IMG/VR virus record: IMGVR_UViG_3300045988_160394 | Span: 64,001 to 128,000 of that record | Strand: one strand, 5' to 3' | DNA length: 64,000 nucleotides | Source of the DNA: a virus | Shown here: one piece after another, positions 37,716 to 48,572 of the stretch | How positions within the stretch are numbered: the first letter of the stretch is position 1 | How the letters are laid out: every line of letters begins with the position of its first letter | Made by a program: the position numbers and the translations under genes | Notes under the pieces: generated by a model | Told to the model about the DNA's origin: nothing | The model's input: only the letters and a program-made list of their open reading frames with translations | Database searches by the model: none

Positions 37716-39382
37716 TGATAGAAGTAAAAGATTATGGACATTATTATAATGTATCATTCAATGGAGATAAGGATAATTATCATAAATTTTTTAACTTTAT
37801 GGTATCTAAAGATGATATTGTAAAATTAAAAAAGAAAACTGGATGAAAGATGCCTAAATGTTATTTACCTGAATTAGAAGAAACATTTAATAATGTTGTT
37901 GAATTAATAGCTAATCCTTGGGATTATATAGGGGAAGGTTTAAAACTTTCTCCATATTGTTATCAAAAAGAAACAATTAAATTTGGAGTAGATAATAAAA
38001 AAGGTCTATTAATTTTGCCTTGTGGTTCTGGTAAAACACCTATTCTTGTAGGTATATATCATGAACTTAGAAAGAATAATTTAACTACTAAACCAGGAGC
38101 AATTATTGTTAAAGCATCTTTAAAGTATCAATGAGTGAAAGAAGTAGAAAAATTTTCAGATTATATAGCAAAAGCCATAGAAACTCCTTCTAAAGTTAAA
38201 AAGAAATTTGATGAGCAATTTGAAAACGCTGATTTATTTATATTAAATTATGAAACATTAAAGAATAAACAAGTAGCTGCTAAGTTAAGAGAGAAGAATG
38301 TAGAAGTAATGCTATTAGACGAAATACATTACATAAACAATCATACCTCTGCTAGAAGTAAAGCTGCTTATGAATTTAATGATTTGAAGTATTTAATAGG
38401 GGCTACTGCTACGCCAATTACTAATAACCCAGAAAATTTATTTGGAATATTTAATCTTATAGAAAAAGATCTATTCCAGTCCCACAGTAAATTTGCTAGG
38501 TCATATATAAAATATGCTGGTTATGGAAGAGTAGCTGGTTGCAAAAATGAAGATCATTTAAAGAAGAAGATAGCTCCATATATATTTATTAAAAGCGAAG
38601 CAGATGTTGCTGATCAATTGCCATCTCTTGTTGTTAATCAAAAATATTGTTATATTACTAGTCCTATTATGCAAGAAACTAATGCTAAATTGTTTGAGGA
38701 ATTAGATGTAGTCAATAATCAAATTAAACAATTAGAGAAAAGATATCCTAATCCAAAAGATTTAGAATCTAATGAAGAGTTTTTAACAGCTAAAGGTAAG
38801 GTAATGGCATATCAAACTTTTCTACAAGAATTAGTAGACGATCCTAGATTATTAAATGAATCAGAAAGTAATTTAGCTAAACAATATCATTGTCAAGAAG
38901 AATCTCCTAAGTTAAAAATGCTATTTGAACTAGTAGAAGAAATAACTGAAGCTGGTAGTAAAGTATGCATATTTACTAAGTATGTTCGTATGCAAAACAT
39001 ATTACAAAGGGAATTGGAAAGATATTTCGATTTTAAATGTGTTATAATTAATGGCAGTATGACTCCAGAAGAAAGATACGAAGCTGCTTATACTAAATTT
39101 GGAGACAATGATGATTATAAAGTATTGATAGGTACTGATGCTATGGCAGAAGGAATATCTTTATCTAAGTGTAATTATCTTATAGAATATGATTTAGCAG
39201 ATTCATATGCCATTCAGACACAAAGACATGGTAGAATAAAAAGAGCTAATTCAGTTCATAAAACTGGATACGTATATCAATTGATATGCGTAGATAGTTG
39301 GGATGAAGTACAGCAAAAGATAATAGCTAAAAAAGAGAATTATGATAATAATTTAATACAGAATATAGGAGAGTGAAAATAA
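37715..39382 (+). CDS. SNF2-family helicase (three in-frame TGA codons)
   Basis: ATG 37715 (TAATG overlap). TGAs at 37847, 38132 and 39374 join an unlisted 5' part to ORFs 37850..38134 and 38135..39376. PCGSGKT. ASLKYQ[W]VKEVEKF matches the SNF2 QW..E motif. LLDEIHYI. Motif VI QRHGRIKR. True stop TAA 39380-82. Confidence 0.8.
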
Positions 39383-39434
39383 TGTCACAAATAAAAGAGT
39401 GTTTGATTATTTCTTATAAAGTAAGGTGTATAAT

Positions 39435-39968
39435 ATGTCTATAAAACCATTAGATAATAAGGAAGGCTTCATATTTAATGTAAATGAAGGATCTTTTAAT
39501 AAAAGTATAGAATCTTTAGTAAATTTTATAGAAGATTCTAAAGATAATGTTCTTCAAGATGATTATTATGGTTTCTTTCCTAGAGAAATTTTTGATGGTC
39601 ATGGAGACTCTTTTGATGGTTTAACTTATGAAGAAAGATCCCAAAGAAAATATGAAAAACATAGACAGCTTTTTTATTTAATGTCTTCAAGAGATGATTT
39701 AATGGAATGTATTCCTAAAGAATTAAGAGATAGGATAATTCAAAACAAAAAATGGCTTGATGAAAATTACAATTTTAATAATATGTTAGATATAATTAGA
39801 TATGAATGTTTAGAAGCTATGGAAAAAGGTTATCCTTTTAAGCTTGAAGAGAATACTGAAGGTATTATAAAGTTAATAGTTGAAGATATAATATCTAAAA
39901 ATCAACAATATGTAAAAGAAAATTATAGTGATAAAGGTATAGATGTAAATTCTATAGATTTTGATTAA
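39435..39968 (+). CDS. hypothetical protein
   Basis: ORF track. The start is ambiguous (GTG 39426 or ATG 39435). Confidence 0.5.
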   Translation: MSIKPLDNKEGFIFNVNEGSFNKSIESLVNFIEDSKDNVLQDDYYGFFPREIFDGHGDSFDGLTYEERSQRKYEKHRQLFYLMSSRDDLMECIPKELRDRIIQNKKWLDENYNFNNMLDIIRYECLEAMEKGYPFKLEENTEGIIKLIVEDIISKNQQYVKENYSDKGIDVNSIDFD

Positions 39969-39970
39969 AT

Positions 39971-39994
39971 AGCTCCTTATTATAGGAGCTTTTA
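39971..39994 (+). terminator. rho-independent terminator
   Basis: AGCTCC-TTATTATA-GGAGCT followed by TTT. Confidence 0.5.
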
Positions 39995-40026
39995 TATATA
40001 AATAATAAAATTAGGGGGAATAAACC

Positions 40027-40992
40027 ATGAGTAAAGTTACAGAAAAGAATACAAAAAAAGAAATATTAGAAGCGTTAAGAGCTACAGAAGCAGAATTAAA
40101 AGCTGCTAGAGAAGCTACTACAACTACTGCTGATACAGTAGAAAAGAAGAGAAAAGAAACTGTAAAAGAGGTTGCTAAAAAAGTAGCTGAAGAAGAAATC
40201 TTAAATCCTGTAGTTATTGAAAAATACAAATCTTTAAAGGAAGCTAATGAAATGCTTGAAAAAGAGTTAGAAGAAACTCATGAAATTAAGAAAACTGTTG
40301 ATACTTTAGAAGCTCTTTACGTTGTTCATGCTAAGAAAGAAGCTGAATTAAAAGAAGAATATGCTCAATTAAAAGCTAATTTAGAAAAAGAACATCAAGC
40401 TAAGAAAGTAGCTATGATAGAAGAATATAAAGAAGAAGAAATACTACGTAAAAAAGCTATAGCAGATTTAAAAGAAGAATTCGTTGAAGAAAAGAAATCA
40501 TTAGAACTTGCAAGAAAAAGAGAAGAAGAAATATATGAGTATAACTTAAAAAGAAAAAGAGCAAAAGAAAATGATAACTGGGAAGATGTAAAAGCAACAA
40601 GAGAAAAAGAATTAGCTGATAGAGAAGCTGCTGTTGCAAAAAGAGAAATCTCTATGAACGATTTAGAAGATAGAGTAATGAAAGCTGAAAGCGAAATTAG
40701 CAGAGTAGAAAAAGAAAAAGAAGAAGCTATCGCTCAAGCTTTTAAAGAAGGAGAAAATAAAGCAGAAAAAGTTTGTGCTATAAAAGAAGCAGCTGTTAAG
40801 AAAGATGCTGAATGGCAAAAGAAAATTGCTGACGAAAAGATTTCAAACCTTCAAATAGCAGTAGATCATAAAGATGAAGAAATAGATTCATTAAAAGCTA
40901 AATTAGATGAAGCTTATACAAGAATTCAAAATATGGCTATAGCTCAATCTAACGCTAATGGTAGAACAATCCCTCAAGAAACTACTAAATAA
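40027..40992 (+). CDS. K/E-rich coiled-coil protein
   Basis: ORF track. GGGGGA RBS. Heptad-like KE-rich composition throughout. Confidence 0.55.
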   Translation: MSKVTEKNTKKEILEALRATEAELKAAREATTTTADTVEKKRKETVKEVAKKVAEEEILNPVVIEKYKSLKEANEMLEKELEETHEIKKTVDTLEALYVVHAKKEAELKEEYAQLKANLEKEHQAKKVAMIEEYKEEEILRKKAIADLKEEFVEEKKSLELARKREEEIYEYNLKRKRAKENDNWEDVKATREKELADREAAVAKREISMNDLEDRVMKAESEISRVEKEKEEAIAQAFKEGENKAEKVCAIKEAAVKKDAEWQKKIADEKISNLQIAVDHKDEEIDSLKAKLDEAYTRIQNMAIAQSNANGRTIPQETTK

Positions 40993-41003
40993 TTTTAAAA
41001 TAT

Positions 41004-41038
41004 AAACAAGCCCTCTAGATAAGAGGGTTTGTTTTGTT
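41004..41038 (+). terminator. rho-independent terminator
   Basis: AAACAAGCCCTCT-AGAT-AAGAGGGTTTGTTT followed by TGTT. Confidence 0.7.
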
Positions 41039-41085
41039 ATATAATACTTTATACAACTTAGGAATGGAGGGGGATCATTTCAAGC

Positions 41086-41334
41086 ATGAAAAAAGTATTA
41101 GTAGAAGAAGAATTCTTATCTAATCAAGGATGTTCTGAAGAATATGAATGAGCCTCTTATGAATTATATGTAGATGGCGAAGAAGTATTAAATTTTAAAC
41201 ATAATACTGAAGTTCCAGAAGAAAATACATTATTTCATAATTTTAAAGACTGTCTTAATATTCTTCCTTTATTAGAAACATTCTATAATTTAGGAAAAAA
41301 CAATATAGATATAGAATTTAAATTGAAAGAATAA
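41086..41334 (+). CDS. hypothetical small protein (one in-frame TGA; absent from the ORF track)
   Basis: ATG 41086, about 11 nt after GGAGGGGGA. Open for 83 codons through TGA 41149-51 to TAA 41332-34. Confidence 0.5.
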
Positions 41335-41352
41335 AAAAGGAAGGTGATTGAT

Positions 41353-41949
41353 ATGTCAATCAATAGAGATGAATTTACTAATTTTATTGATGAATTTTTA
41401 ATGCAAGAAGAAGCTAAAGAATTACAAATCAAAATAACAGGAGAAGAAGAAAAAGATGCTCCTATGATAGATTCTATGCAGAAAGCAAACTATTTCTTAA
41501 AGCTTGTTAAGAACATAGAAGCTGATATGAAAGTAATCAATGAATTATGTGATGAAGAAATCAAAAAAACAACTGATAGAGTTAATGCTTATAGAGAAGC
41601 ACAATTGCTACCTTTAGCAAGAACTATTAATTATTACAGTAAATTATTACAAAACTATGCAGAAAACCAATTAATAGATAGTAAAAAAAGAAGTGTTAAA
41701 CTACCAAACGGTACTTTATCTATTTCTAAACAAGCACCAACATATGATTATGAAGATGAAACTATTATGGATTGGTTATTACAAAATAAAATAGAAAAAT
41801 ATATAACTACAAAAATAGAAAATAAATTAGATAAAAGAGAATTTAAAAAAGCTATAGAACTTGATGATGAAGGAAATGCTATTATTGAAGGTAAAGTTAT
41901 CCCAGGACTAACTATTACTCCAAAAGAAGATAAATTCACAATCAGATAA
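41353..41949 (+). CDS. gam: Mu Gam-like host-nuclease inhibitor protein
   Basis: Coiled-coil N-terminus (ANYFLKLVKNIEADMKVINE...RVNAYREAQLLPL) and KKRSVKLPNGTLSISK are typical of the Mu Gam family. Confidence 0.55.
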   Translation: MSINRDEFTNFIDEFLMQEEAKELQIKITGEEEKDAPMIDSMQKANYFLKLVKNIEADMKVINELCDEEIKKTTDRVNAYREAQLLPLARTINYYSKLLQNYAENQLIDSKKRSVKLPNGTLSISKQAPTYDYEDETIMDWLLQNKIEKYITTKIENKLDKREFKKAIELDDEGNAIIEGKVIPGLTITPKEDKFTIR

Positions 41950-41966
41950 AAAAAGGAGCTGAGTTC

Positions 41967-43115
41967 ATGGCTAGAATTCCTGAAGGGTTTATAGAAGAAT
42001 TAAAAAATAAAACAGATTTAGTAAGGTATGTCAAGCAATACACTCAGCTTAAAAAAGTAGGTAGAGGTGTATGGCAAGGACAATGCCCTCACCCAAAACA
42101 TTCTGATAGCACTCCATCTTTTACTGTATGGGAAAAACAAAAAAGTTGGGCTTGTTTTGGATGCCATAAAGGCAAGAAAGGCCAAGATGGTAATGTTGGT
42201 TCAGATATTATAGCTTTTATTCAATGGATACAAAATGTTGATTTTAGAAAAGCTATTGAAATATTAGCTGAATGGAATAACGTAAGTATTCCTACAGATG
42301 AACATCAAAAGCTATATGATCAAAATTATAAGTTAGCAAGAAAATATCAACAAGACCTTTACAACAAATATGAATATGTTTTAGACTATTTATATGATAG
42401 AGGTCTAGATGATATTGATATTGAACATTGGATGATAGGTTATGATAATTTTACAAACAGGATTGTTTTTCCTTTGTTTGATAGATATAATAATATTATT
42501 GGTTTTAATAAAAGAGTTATCGATCCTGATTATAAAGGAGGAGATAAATACGTTAACTCTTCTAATTCTAAAATTTTTAATAAATCATATTTCTTATATG
42601 GCATGCAAGAAATTGATAATGATTTTGATGAGATTAGAATTACTGAAGGATCATTTGACGTTATATTAGGAAGAAAATATGGGATTAAAAATCTTGTTGC
42701 TTCTCTTGGAACATCTTTTACCGAACATCATGCTGAAATTATTGCTAAGACAGGAAAAACACCTGTTTTGATATTTGATGGCGATGAAGCAGGTAACAAG
42801 GCTTTAAAAAAGGCTTTATTTTATTTTGAACAATTAGGAGTTTATTGTAAAATAGTAAATTTACCTAAAGGAAAGGATTTAGCTAATATGACAGATGATA
42901 TAGGTTATAATGTTAATGCGTATATAAAAGAAAAATCTATGACGGCTGGATATTTTATAGTTAAAGATATTATACAACAATATCAATCATCTCTGTATGA
43001 ATTAAAATTAAAAACTATCCCTCAATTAGAAAAAGCTTTAGAAAATATACCTTTATCAGAAAAGAAACCAATAAAAAATTTCATTAAAGATGAAATTAAT
43101 CTTACAATAGAATAG
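41967..43115 (+). CDS. dnaG: DnaG-type DNA primase
   Basis: CHC2 zinc finger CPHPKHSDSTPSFTV...CFGCHKG. TOPRIM ITEGSFDV ... IFDGDEAG. Confidence 0.85.
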   Translation: MARIPEGFIEELKNKTDLVRYVKQYTQLKKVGRGVWQGQCPHPKHSDSTPSFTVWEKQKSWACFGCHKGKKGQDGNVGSDIIAFIQWIQNVDFRKAIEILAEWNNVSIPTDEHQKLYDQNYKLARKYQQDLYNKYEYVLDYLYDRGLDDIDIEHWMIGYDNFTNRIVFPLFDRYNNIIGFNKRVIDPDYKGGDKYVNSSNSKIFNKSYFLYGMQEIDNDFDEIRITEGSFDVILGRKYGIKNLVASLGTSFTEHHAEIIAKTGKTPVLIFDGDEAGNKALKKALFYFEQLGVYCKIVNLPKGKDLANMTDDIGYNVNAYIKEKSMTAGYFIVKDIIQQYQSSLYELKLKTIPQLEKALENIPLSEKKPIKNFIKDEINLTIE

Positions 43116-43131
43116 AGGAGAGAGTAATATA

Positions 43132-43668
43132 ATGTTATCTAAAGAATCATTATGTTTCACATGTGATAATAGAAAAATTTGTAGACATTTTTATAATGCA
43201 AATATGGAGTTTTCTTTATCTATAGAAATAAAACAATGTGATAATGTGAAATTAAAAGAGAATTTTCCTAAAATAAATTCAACATTAATAGCAAATGGAG
43301 AACCTAAAACTGCTTTATTAAATACTACTCCTTCTTTATCAGAAGGCTATGTAGATTTAAAACAATATGACACTATAGGTAAAGTATCTATAGAAAAATT
43401 AGAAGTTGAAAAAAGTCTTTGTGAAATATGTAAAAATAAAAAACCAATCACTGAATTACTTAAATGTAATAAATGTGGAAAAACAGTTTGTCAATCTTGT
43501 AGTAATACATTTAAAGATATAGATACTAAGGAATTAGAAACTATATGTTATGAATGTAAACCTGATGACAAATCTATTGATTGGGATATAAAAAGTTTTG
43601 TAGAAGAGGAAGATAAAAATGGAAGAAAGAACAATAAATCATCTAGTACAAAATCTAAAAAATCATAA
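43132..43668 (+). CDS. Cys-rich zinc-finger protein with a basic tail
   Basis: Several CxxC pairs (CEICKNK...CNKCGKTVCQSC...CYEC). Confidence 0.5.
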   Translation: MLSKESLCFTCDNRKICRHFYNANMEFSLSIEIKQCDNVKLKENFPKINSTLIANGEPKTALLNTTPSLSEGYVDLKQYDTIGKVSIEKLEVEKSLCEICKNKKPITELLKCNKCGKTVCQSCSNTFKDIDTKELETICYECKPDDKSIDWDIKSFVEEEDKNGRKNNKSSSTKSKKS

Positions 43669-44401
43669 AGATGCTGTAATTATATATGGGAATAGAACAG
43701 ATTTTAACACTTTAAAAATCGATGAATCAACTAAAGATGATTATAGTAGAAAAAAAATGATAAAAGAACCTAATGAGTTCTGGAAATACTATAAAGAAAA
43801 GATTTATGACCAAGATAGTGTTAAAACTCCATCCTGTATAGATGAAGCAATTAATGCATTTATCGAAACAGGTACAGTTAAACTTCTAATTAATCTTAAT
43901 TATACAGATCATATCAATGGTGTTGATGTAATTAATTTAAAAGGTAGAGCAAAACATTTAAGATGTATGTCTTGTAATAAAGATTTTGAAATAACAGATA
44001 ATTTATTAGAAGAAGCTATTAATGGAGAATCTATTCTTAAATGTGATGAATGTGGAGGAAAAATATCTCCAACAGTCATGATGTTTAATGAAAAATATAA
44101 GGACGAGCATATACAAAAAATAAAAGATGCTATATTTAAAGAAGATGAAAAATTCAATATATTATTGAATACACATACTTTAATATTTATAGACGTTGAC
44201 TTTGGTGAAAATTATTTAGACGAAGTAATAGAAAGTTATTCAGCTATTAAGTCTAATGTAGAATCAGATGATGAACATTTTTATACTGTAATGATATGTA
44301 ATAAAGATGGTATATCTATAGACTATTATAAACCTGAATTTGCTACGTATGAAGATATAGCAGATTCTGTTACTAGACTAAATAATTTATTATTAGACTA
44401 A
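43619..44401 (+). CDS. SIR2-like domain protein (degenerate NAD-binding motif)
   Basis: LRCMSCNKDFEI...CDECGGKISPTVMMFNEKY matches the Sir2 zinc-ribbon/FGE segment. The N-terminal GAGIS motif is replaced by IIYGNRTD. Confidence 0.4.
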   Translation: MEERTINHLVQNLKNHKDAVIIYGNRTDFNTLKIDESTKDDYSRKKMIKEPNEFWKYYKEKIYDQDSVKTPSCIDEAINAFIETGTVKLLINLNYTDHINGVDVINLKGRAKHLRCMSCNKDFEITDNLLEEAINGESILKCDECGGKISPTVMMFNEKYKDEHIQKIKDAIFKEDEKFNILLNTHTLIFIDVDFGENYLDEVIESYSAIKSNVESDDEHFYTVMICNKDGISIDYYKPEFATYEDIADSVTRLNNLLLD

Positions 44402-44442
44402 GGTATTAAAATATTTAATATAATAAAAAAGGGGTTTTAGTT

Positions 44443-44781
44443 ATGACAGTAAATGAAATTGAAGTATTTGAATTCCTTAAGGCAAAGTCAAGAATAAAGA
44501 ATCTAGATATCAATGATCTTCAATCTTTACTGACTAACGCCTCAAAAGGTAAAACATTTAAAAATTATACAATAAAGATGTTGAACAAAGGTTCATCAAT
44601 TCTTATACATGACTCTTTAACAAATAATAATACGTTATTGTCATGTGTATGTGACATATGTAAAGACTATCCTAAGAATTGTTCACAAATAAGAAAACAA
44701 TTAGGATTAGATAGTATGTCAAATAATTGTGCTGAATGTTATGTAAAACATATAGAAAGAATTAATAAAGGTGAAATTTAA
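44443..44781 (+). CDS. hypothetical protein
   Basis: ORF track. Confidence 0.5.
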   Translation: MTVNEIEVFEFLKAKSRIKNLDINDLQSLLTNASKGKTFKNYTIKMLNKGSSILIHDSLTNNNTLLSCVCDICKDYPKNCSQIRKQLGLDSMSNNCAECYVKHIERINKGEI

Positions 44782-44794
44782 GGAGGAATTTACA

Positions 44795-45070
44795 ATGAAT
44801 AAAATGGAATTAGTATCAAGAATGGCTGAGAAATCAGGATTAACTAAAAAGGACTCAGAAGCTGCATTAAAAGCTTTCATCGAATCTGTAGAAGAAACAT
44901 TAGTAGCTGGAGATAAAGTTCAATTAATAGGATTTGGTACTTTTGAAACAAGAGAAAGAGCTGCTAGAGAAGGTAGAAACCCTCAAACTAAAGAGGTAAT
45001 TCATATACCTGCTTCAATAGCTCCTGCATTCAAAGCTGCTAGCACTTTAAAAGAAAAATTAAACAAATAA
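44795..45070 (+). CDS. hup: DNA-binding protein HU
   Basis: MNKMELVSRMAEKSGLTKKD...GFGTFETRERAAREGRNPQTKE..IPAS..PAFKA. ATG 44795 after AAGGAGG. Confidence 0.9.
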   Translation: MNKMELVSRMAEKSGLTKKDSEAALKAFIESVEETLVAGDKVQLIGFGTFETRERAAREGRNPQTKEVIHIPASIAPAFKAASTLKEKLNK

Positions 45071-45098
45071 TGTTTGTTTAAATATAATTAATTAATAT

Positions 45099-45128
45099 AG
45101 GCTAAGGTAATACTTAGCCTTATTTTTT
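45099..45128 (+). terminator. rho-independent terminator
   Basis: GGCTAAG-GTAATA-CTTAGCC followed by TTATTTTTT. Confidence 0.75.
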
Positions 45129-45140
45129 GGAGGTATATTA

Positions 45141-45788
45141 ATGTTAATGGATAATGTAAAACAAGTATTTATTGTTCCGTATGATAAAACAACTGATATT
45201 AGTAATGGATTTACTAGACAAAAACATGACGCATCTATTTGAAAAAAATATAATGATATAGGAAAATTTATTGATATTGATGTTGCAAATGATAATATAG
45301 CTATGCAACAAATAACACCTTTTACAATAATAAAAAGAGGTAATAAATATTTAACAACTGTATTTAATCAAAATGGATTTGAAAAATTATCTATTGGAAT
45401 AGGCAATAATATAGAAACTCAAGATGGAGTTTCATCACCTTTGTTTAATGGGGCTGTTAGAACTTTATTAGAAAGTGTAAATATAGATTGTTTAGTTCCA
45501 TTAATCCATGTAGGTACAGTTAGAGATAAAAATAAACTTCCTAATTATATTGGATATGTTTTTGTATTTAATGATATAGCAGAATCTGTTGTATATAAAG
45601 ACAAAATTGCTTATAAAAGTGGTGGTTGTAATTATTATACAAACAATGTTGATAATCACGATAAAGATGATATATCATATGAAATAAAAGGTGAATGGTT
45701 AACAATTGATGAATTAATTAATAAATATGGTAAACTTGATACTTGGACTCGTCATATTGTCAGCTATTTAGTAGATTCTGACTTCTAA
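45141..45788 (+). CDS. hypothetical protein (one in-frame TGA)
   Basis: ATG 45141 after GGAGG. TGA 45240-42 joins an unlisted 5' part to ORF 45303..45788. Confidence 0.55.
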
Positions 45789-45880
45789 TTATGGTATTAT
45801 ATTCAAACAACAATAATGATTAACGGATAATGATTATCCATATAATAATAAGTACCGAAAAAAATTAGGGGGAGGAAAAA

Positions 45881-48013
45881 ATGATGAATCATATTATATT
45901 AAAAAGAGATGGAAGCGAAACTGCTTTTGACTCAAAAAAAATTAAAAATGCTATATTAAAAGCCATGAAAAATGGTAGTGGAATAATAAAGAAAGGCATA
46001 GCTGAACAAATAGCTAATGAAGCAGAAAATGCATTATTCCAATCTGATAATTTACCTACAACTGTAGACCAAGTAGAAGATTATGTTTACTTTGCTTTAT
46101 TAGAATACGGTGAAGACTTAACAGCTAAGTTATATGAAGGATATAGAACCGTACAAGCTTTTAAAAGAAACATTAATACTACTGATGAATCTATATTAGA
46201 ATTAGTTAGTTATAATAATAAAGACGTAATGGAAGAGAACTCTAATAAAAATGCTAGACTAGCTTCTACTCAACGTGATTTAATAGCTGGAGAAGTTAGT
46301 AAAGATATTTCTAGAAGAGTTTTAATTCCAGCAGAATTTGTACAAGCTCATGATGAGGGTATAATACATTGGCATGATATGGACTATAGTTTACAGCCTA
46401 TATTTAACTGCTGTTTATTAAACTTAGAGGATATGCTAGATAACGGAACTGTTATAAATGAGAAACTAGTAGAGTCTCCTAACAGTTTTGCTACAGCATG
46501 TACTATAACTACTCAAATAATGGCTCAAGTATCTTCAGGCCAATATGGTGGTCAATCTATAACCATTAAGCATTTAGCTAAATATTTAAGAAGAAGTAGA
46601 GTTAGATACTATAAGTTATTAAAAGAAACAATAAAAGACGCTAAGGTGTTAAAAGATACACTTGATGTATTATGTAAACAAGAACTTAAAGACGGTATCC
46701 AAACTATTAGATATCAATTAAGTACTCTTCAAACAAGTAACGGGCAAAGTCCTTTCTGCACAATCTATTTAGAGGTAGAAGTGGGAGATCCTTATGAAGA
46801 AGAATGTGCGGCTATCATTGAAGAGATGTTACATCAAAGAATAACTGGAATGAAGAATGTTAATGGTCAAGAAATAGGAGAAGCTTTCCCTAAACTTGTT
46901 TACCTATTAGACGAAGATAATTGTTTAGAAGGAGGCAAATATGACTATTTAACTAAATTAGCTGCTGAATGTACAGCTAAAAGACTTGTTCCTGATTATC
47001 AATCTAAATTAATGATGATGAAGAACTATGAAGGAGAATATTTCCCTCCTATGGGTTGTCGTTCACATTTATCACCTTGGAAAGATGAAAATGGAAAATA
47101 CAAATGGTATGGTAGATTCAATCAAGGTGTTGTATCTATAAACTTACCTCAAATAGGTATTTTAGCTAAAGAAGATCCAGCTATATTCTGGGACTTATTA
47201 GATGAAAGATTAGATCTTTGTAAGAGAGCTTTATTAAAGAGACATGAGCTATTAAAAGGAACATTAAGTGATGTTTCTCCTATCCATTGGCAACATGGAG
47301 CTATTGCTAGACTTAAACCAGGCGAAAAGATAGACAAATATCTTATGGATGGATATTCTACATTATCTTTAGGTTATGTAGGAATTCACGAAATGGTTCA
47401 AGCATTAATAGGTGAATCACATACAACTAAAAAAGGTGAACAATTAGCTGTTGCTGTTATGGAACATTTAAATAACAAATGTAAAGAATGGAAAGCAGAA
47501 ACTGGTTTAGGATTTAGTTTATATGGTACTCCTGCTGAAAGTTTAGTATATAGATTCTGTAGATTAGACAAAGAAAGATTTGGAGAAATTCCTAATGTAA
47601 CAGATAAGTTATATTATACTAATAGCTATCATGTTAATGTACGTGAAGAAATAGATGCCTTTGATAAATTAAAATTTGAAAGTCAATTCCACGATATATC
47701 TTTAGGAGGATGTATTTCATATATAGAAACTCCTAACTTAGTAAACAATACAGAAGCGATAGAAGATGTAATAAGATATGGTTATAGACATATACAATAC
47801 TTTGAAATCAACTCTAGACCAGACGTTTGTTATAAATGTGGGTATAGAGGAGAAATGCAAATAAATGAAAATTTAGAATGGTATTGTCCTTGTTGTGGAA
47901 ATAACGATCAAAATCAAATGCAAGTAATGAGACGTACTTGCGGCTATATTGGCTCTAGTTTCTGGAACAAAGGAAAGACTCAAGAAATTAAAGAAAGAGT
48001 ATTCCATTTATAG
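45881..48013 (+). CDS. nrdD: anaerobic ribonucleoside-triphosphate reductase (class III)
   Basis: N-terminal ATP-cone. C-terminal zinc ribbon CYKCGY...CPCCG. Glycyl-radical motif RRTCGYIG. Confidence 0.95.
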   Translation: MMNHIILKRDGSETAFDSKKIKNAILKAMKNGSGIIKKGIAEQIANEAENALFQSDNLPTTVDQVEDYVYFALLEYGEDLTAKLYEGYRTVQAFKRNINTTDESILELVSYNNKDVMEENSNKNARLASTQRDLIAGEVSKDISRRVLIPAEFVQAHDEGIIHWHDMDYSLQPIFNCCLLNLEDMLDNGTVINEKLVESPNSFATACTITTQIMAQVSSGQYGGQSITIKHLAKYLRRSRVRYYKLLKETIKDAKVLKDTLDVLCKQELKDGIQTIRYQLSTLQTSNGQSPFCTIYLEVEVGDPYEEECAAIIEEMLHQRITGMKNVNGQEIGEAFPKLVYLLDEDNCLEGGKYDYLTKLAAECTAKRLVPDYQSKLMMMKNYEGEYFPPMGCRSHLSPWKDENGKYKWYGRFNQGVVSINLPQIGILAKEDPAIFWDLLDERLDLCKRALLKRHELLKGTLSDVSPIHWQHGAIARLKPGEKIDKYLMDGYSTLSLGYVGIHEMVQALIGESHTTKKGEQLAVAVMEHLNNKCKEWKAETGLGFSLYGTPAESLVYRFCRLDKERFGEIPNVTDKLYYTNSYHVNVREEIDAFDKLKFESQFHDISLGGCISYIETPNLVNNTEAIEDVIRYGYRHIQYFEINSRPDVCYKCGYRGEMQINENLEWYCPCCGNNDQNQMQVMRRTCGYIGSSFWNKGKTQEIKERVFHL

Positions 48014-48028
48014 AAAGAAGTGTTTTAA

Positions 48029-48535
48029 ATGTATTATGCACAAATAAGGCGTAGTGATACAGCTAATGGCCCTGGCGTTAGAGTTTCTCTTTTTGTAAGT
48101 GGATGTACACATAATTGTAAAGGTTGTTTCAATAAAGAACAACAATCATTTACTTATGGTAATATTTTTACACAAGAAGAAGAAAATAAAATTATAGAGT
48201 TAGTTAAAAGAGAAGGAATAAGAGGTATTAACATTTTAGGAGGAGAGCCTATGCAACAAATCATGGACTCTACTCTAGTTAATCTCTTAAAAAGAATTAA
48301 ATCTGAAACAAATAAATCTATATGGCTATGGTCAGGATATCTTTATGAAGATATTATAGCTGATAAAAAAAGATTAGAAATCTTAAAGTACGTAGATGTA
48401 CTAGTGGATGGACAATTCAAAGAACAATTAAAAGACATAAGATTAAAACATAGAGGTTCTTCTAATCAAAGAATCATAGATGTACAACAATCTTTAAAAA
48501 ATAATGTTATAATAGAAAAGGAAGAGCTTTATTAG
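48029..48535 (+). CDS. nrdG: anaerobic RNR activating protein (radical SAM)
   Basis: GPGVRVSLFVSGCTHNCKGCFN. GGEP. Confidence 0.9.
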   Translation: MYYAQIRRSDTANGPGVRVSLFVSGCTHNCKGCFNKEQQSFTYGNIFTQEEENKIIELVKREGIRGINILGGEPMQQIMDSTLVNLLKRIKSETNKSIWLWSGYLYEDIIADKKRLEILKYVDVLVDGQFKEQLKDIRLKHRGSSNQRIIDVQQSLKNNVIIEKEELY

Positions 48536-48572
48536 CTTCTTCCTTATTTTATTTCGCTTAGGAGGATTTTAT

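Noticed and set aside
23042-42669. Plus-strand alternative-frame ORFs 23042..23224 and 42442..42669.
   Set aside because: They are embedded out of frame in tdk and its upstream gene, and in the primase. They have no RBS and low-complexity products.
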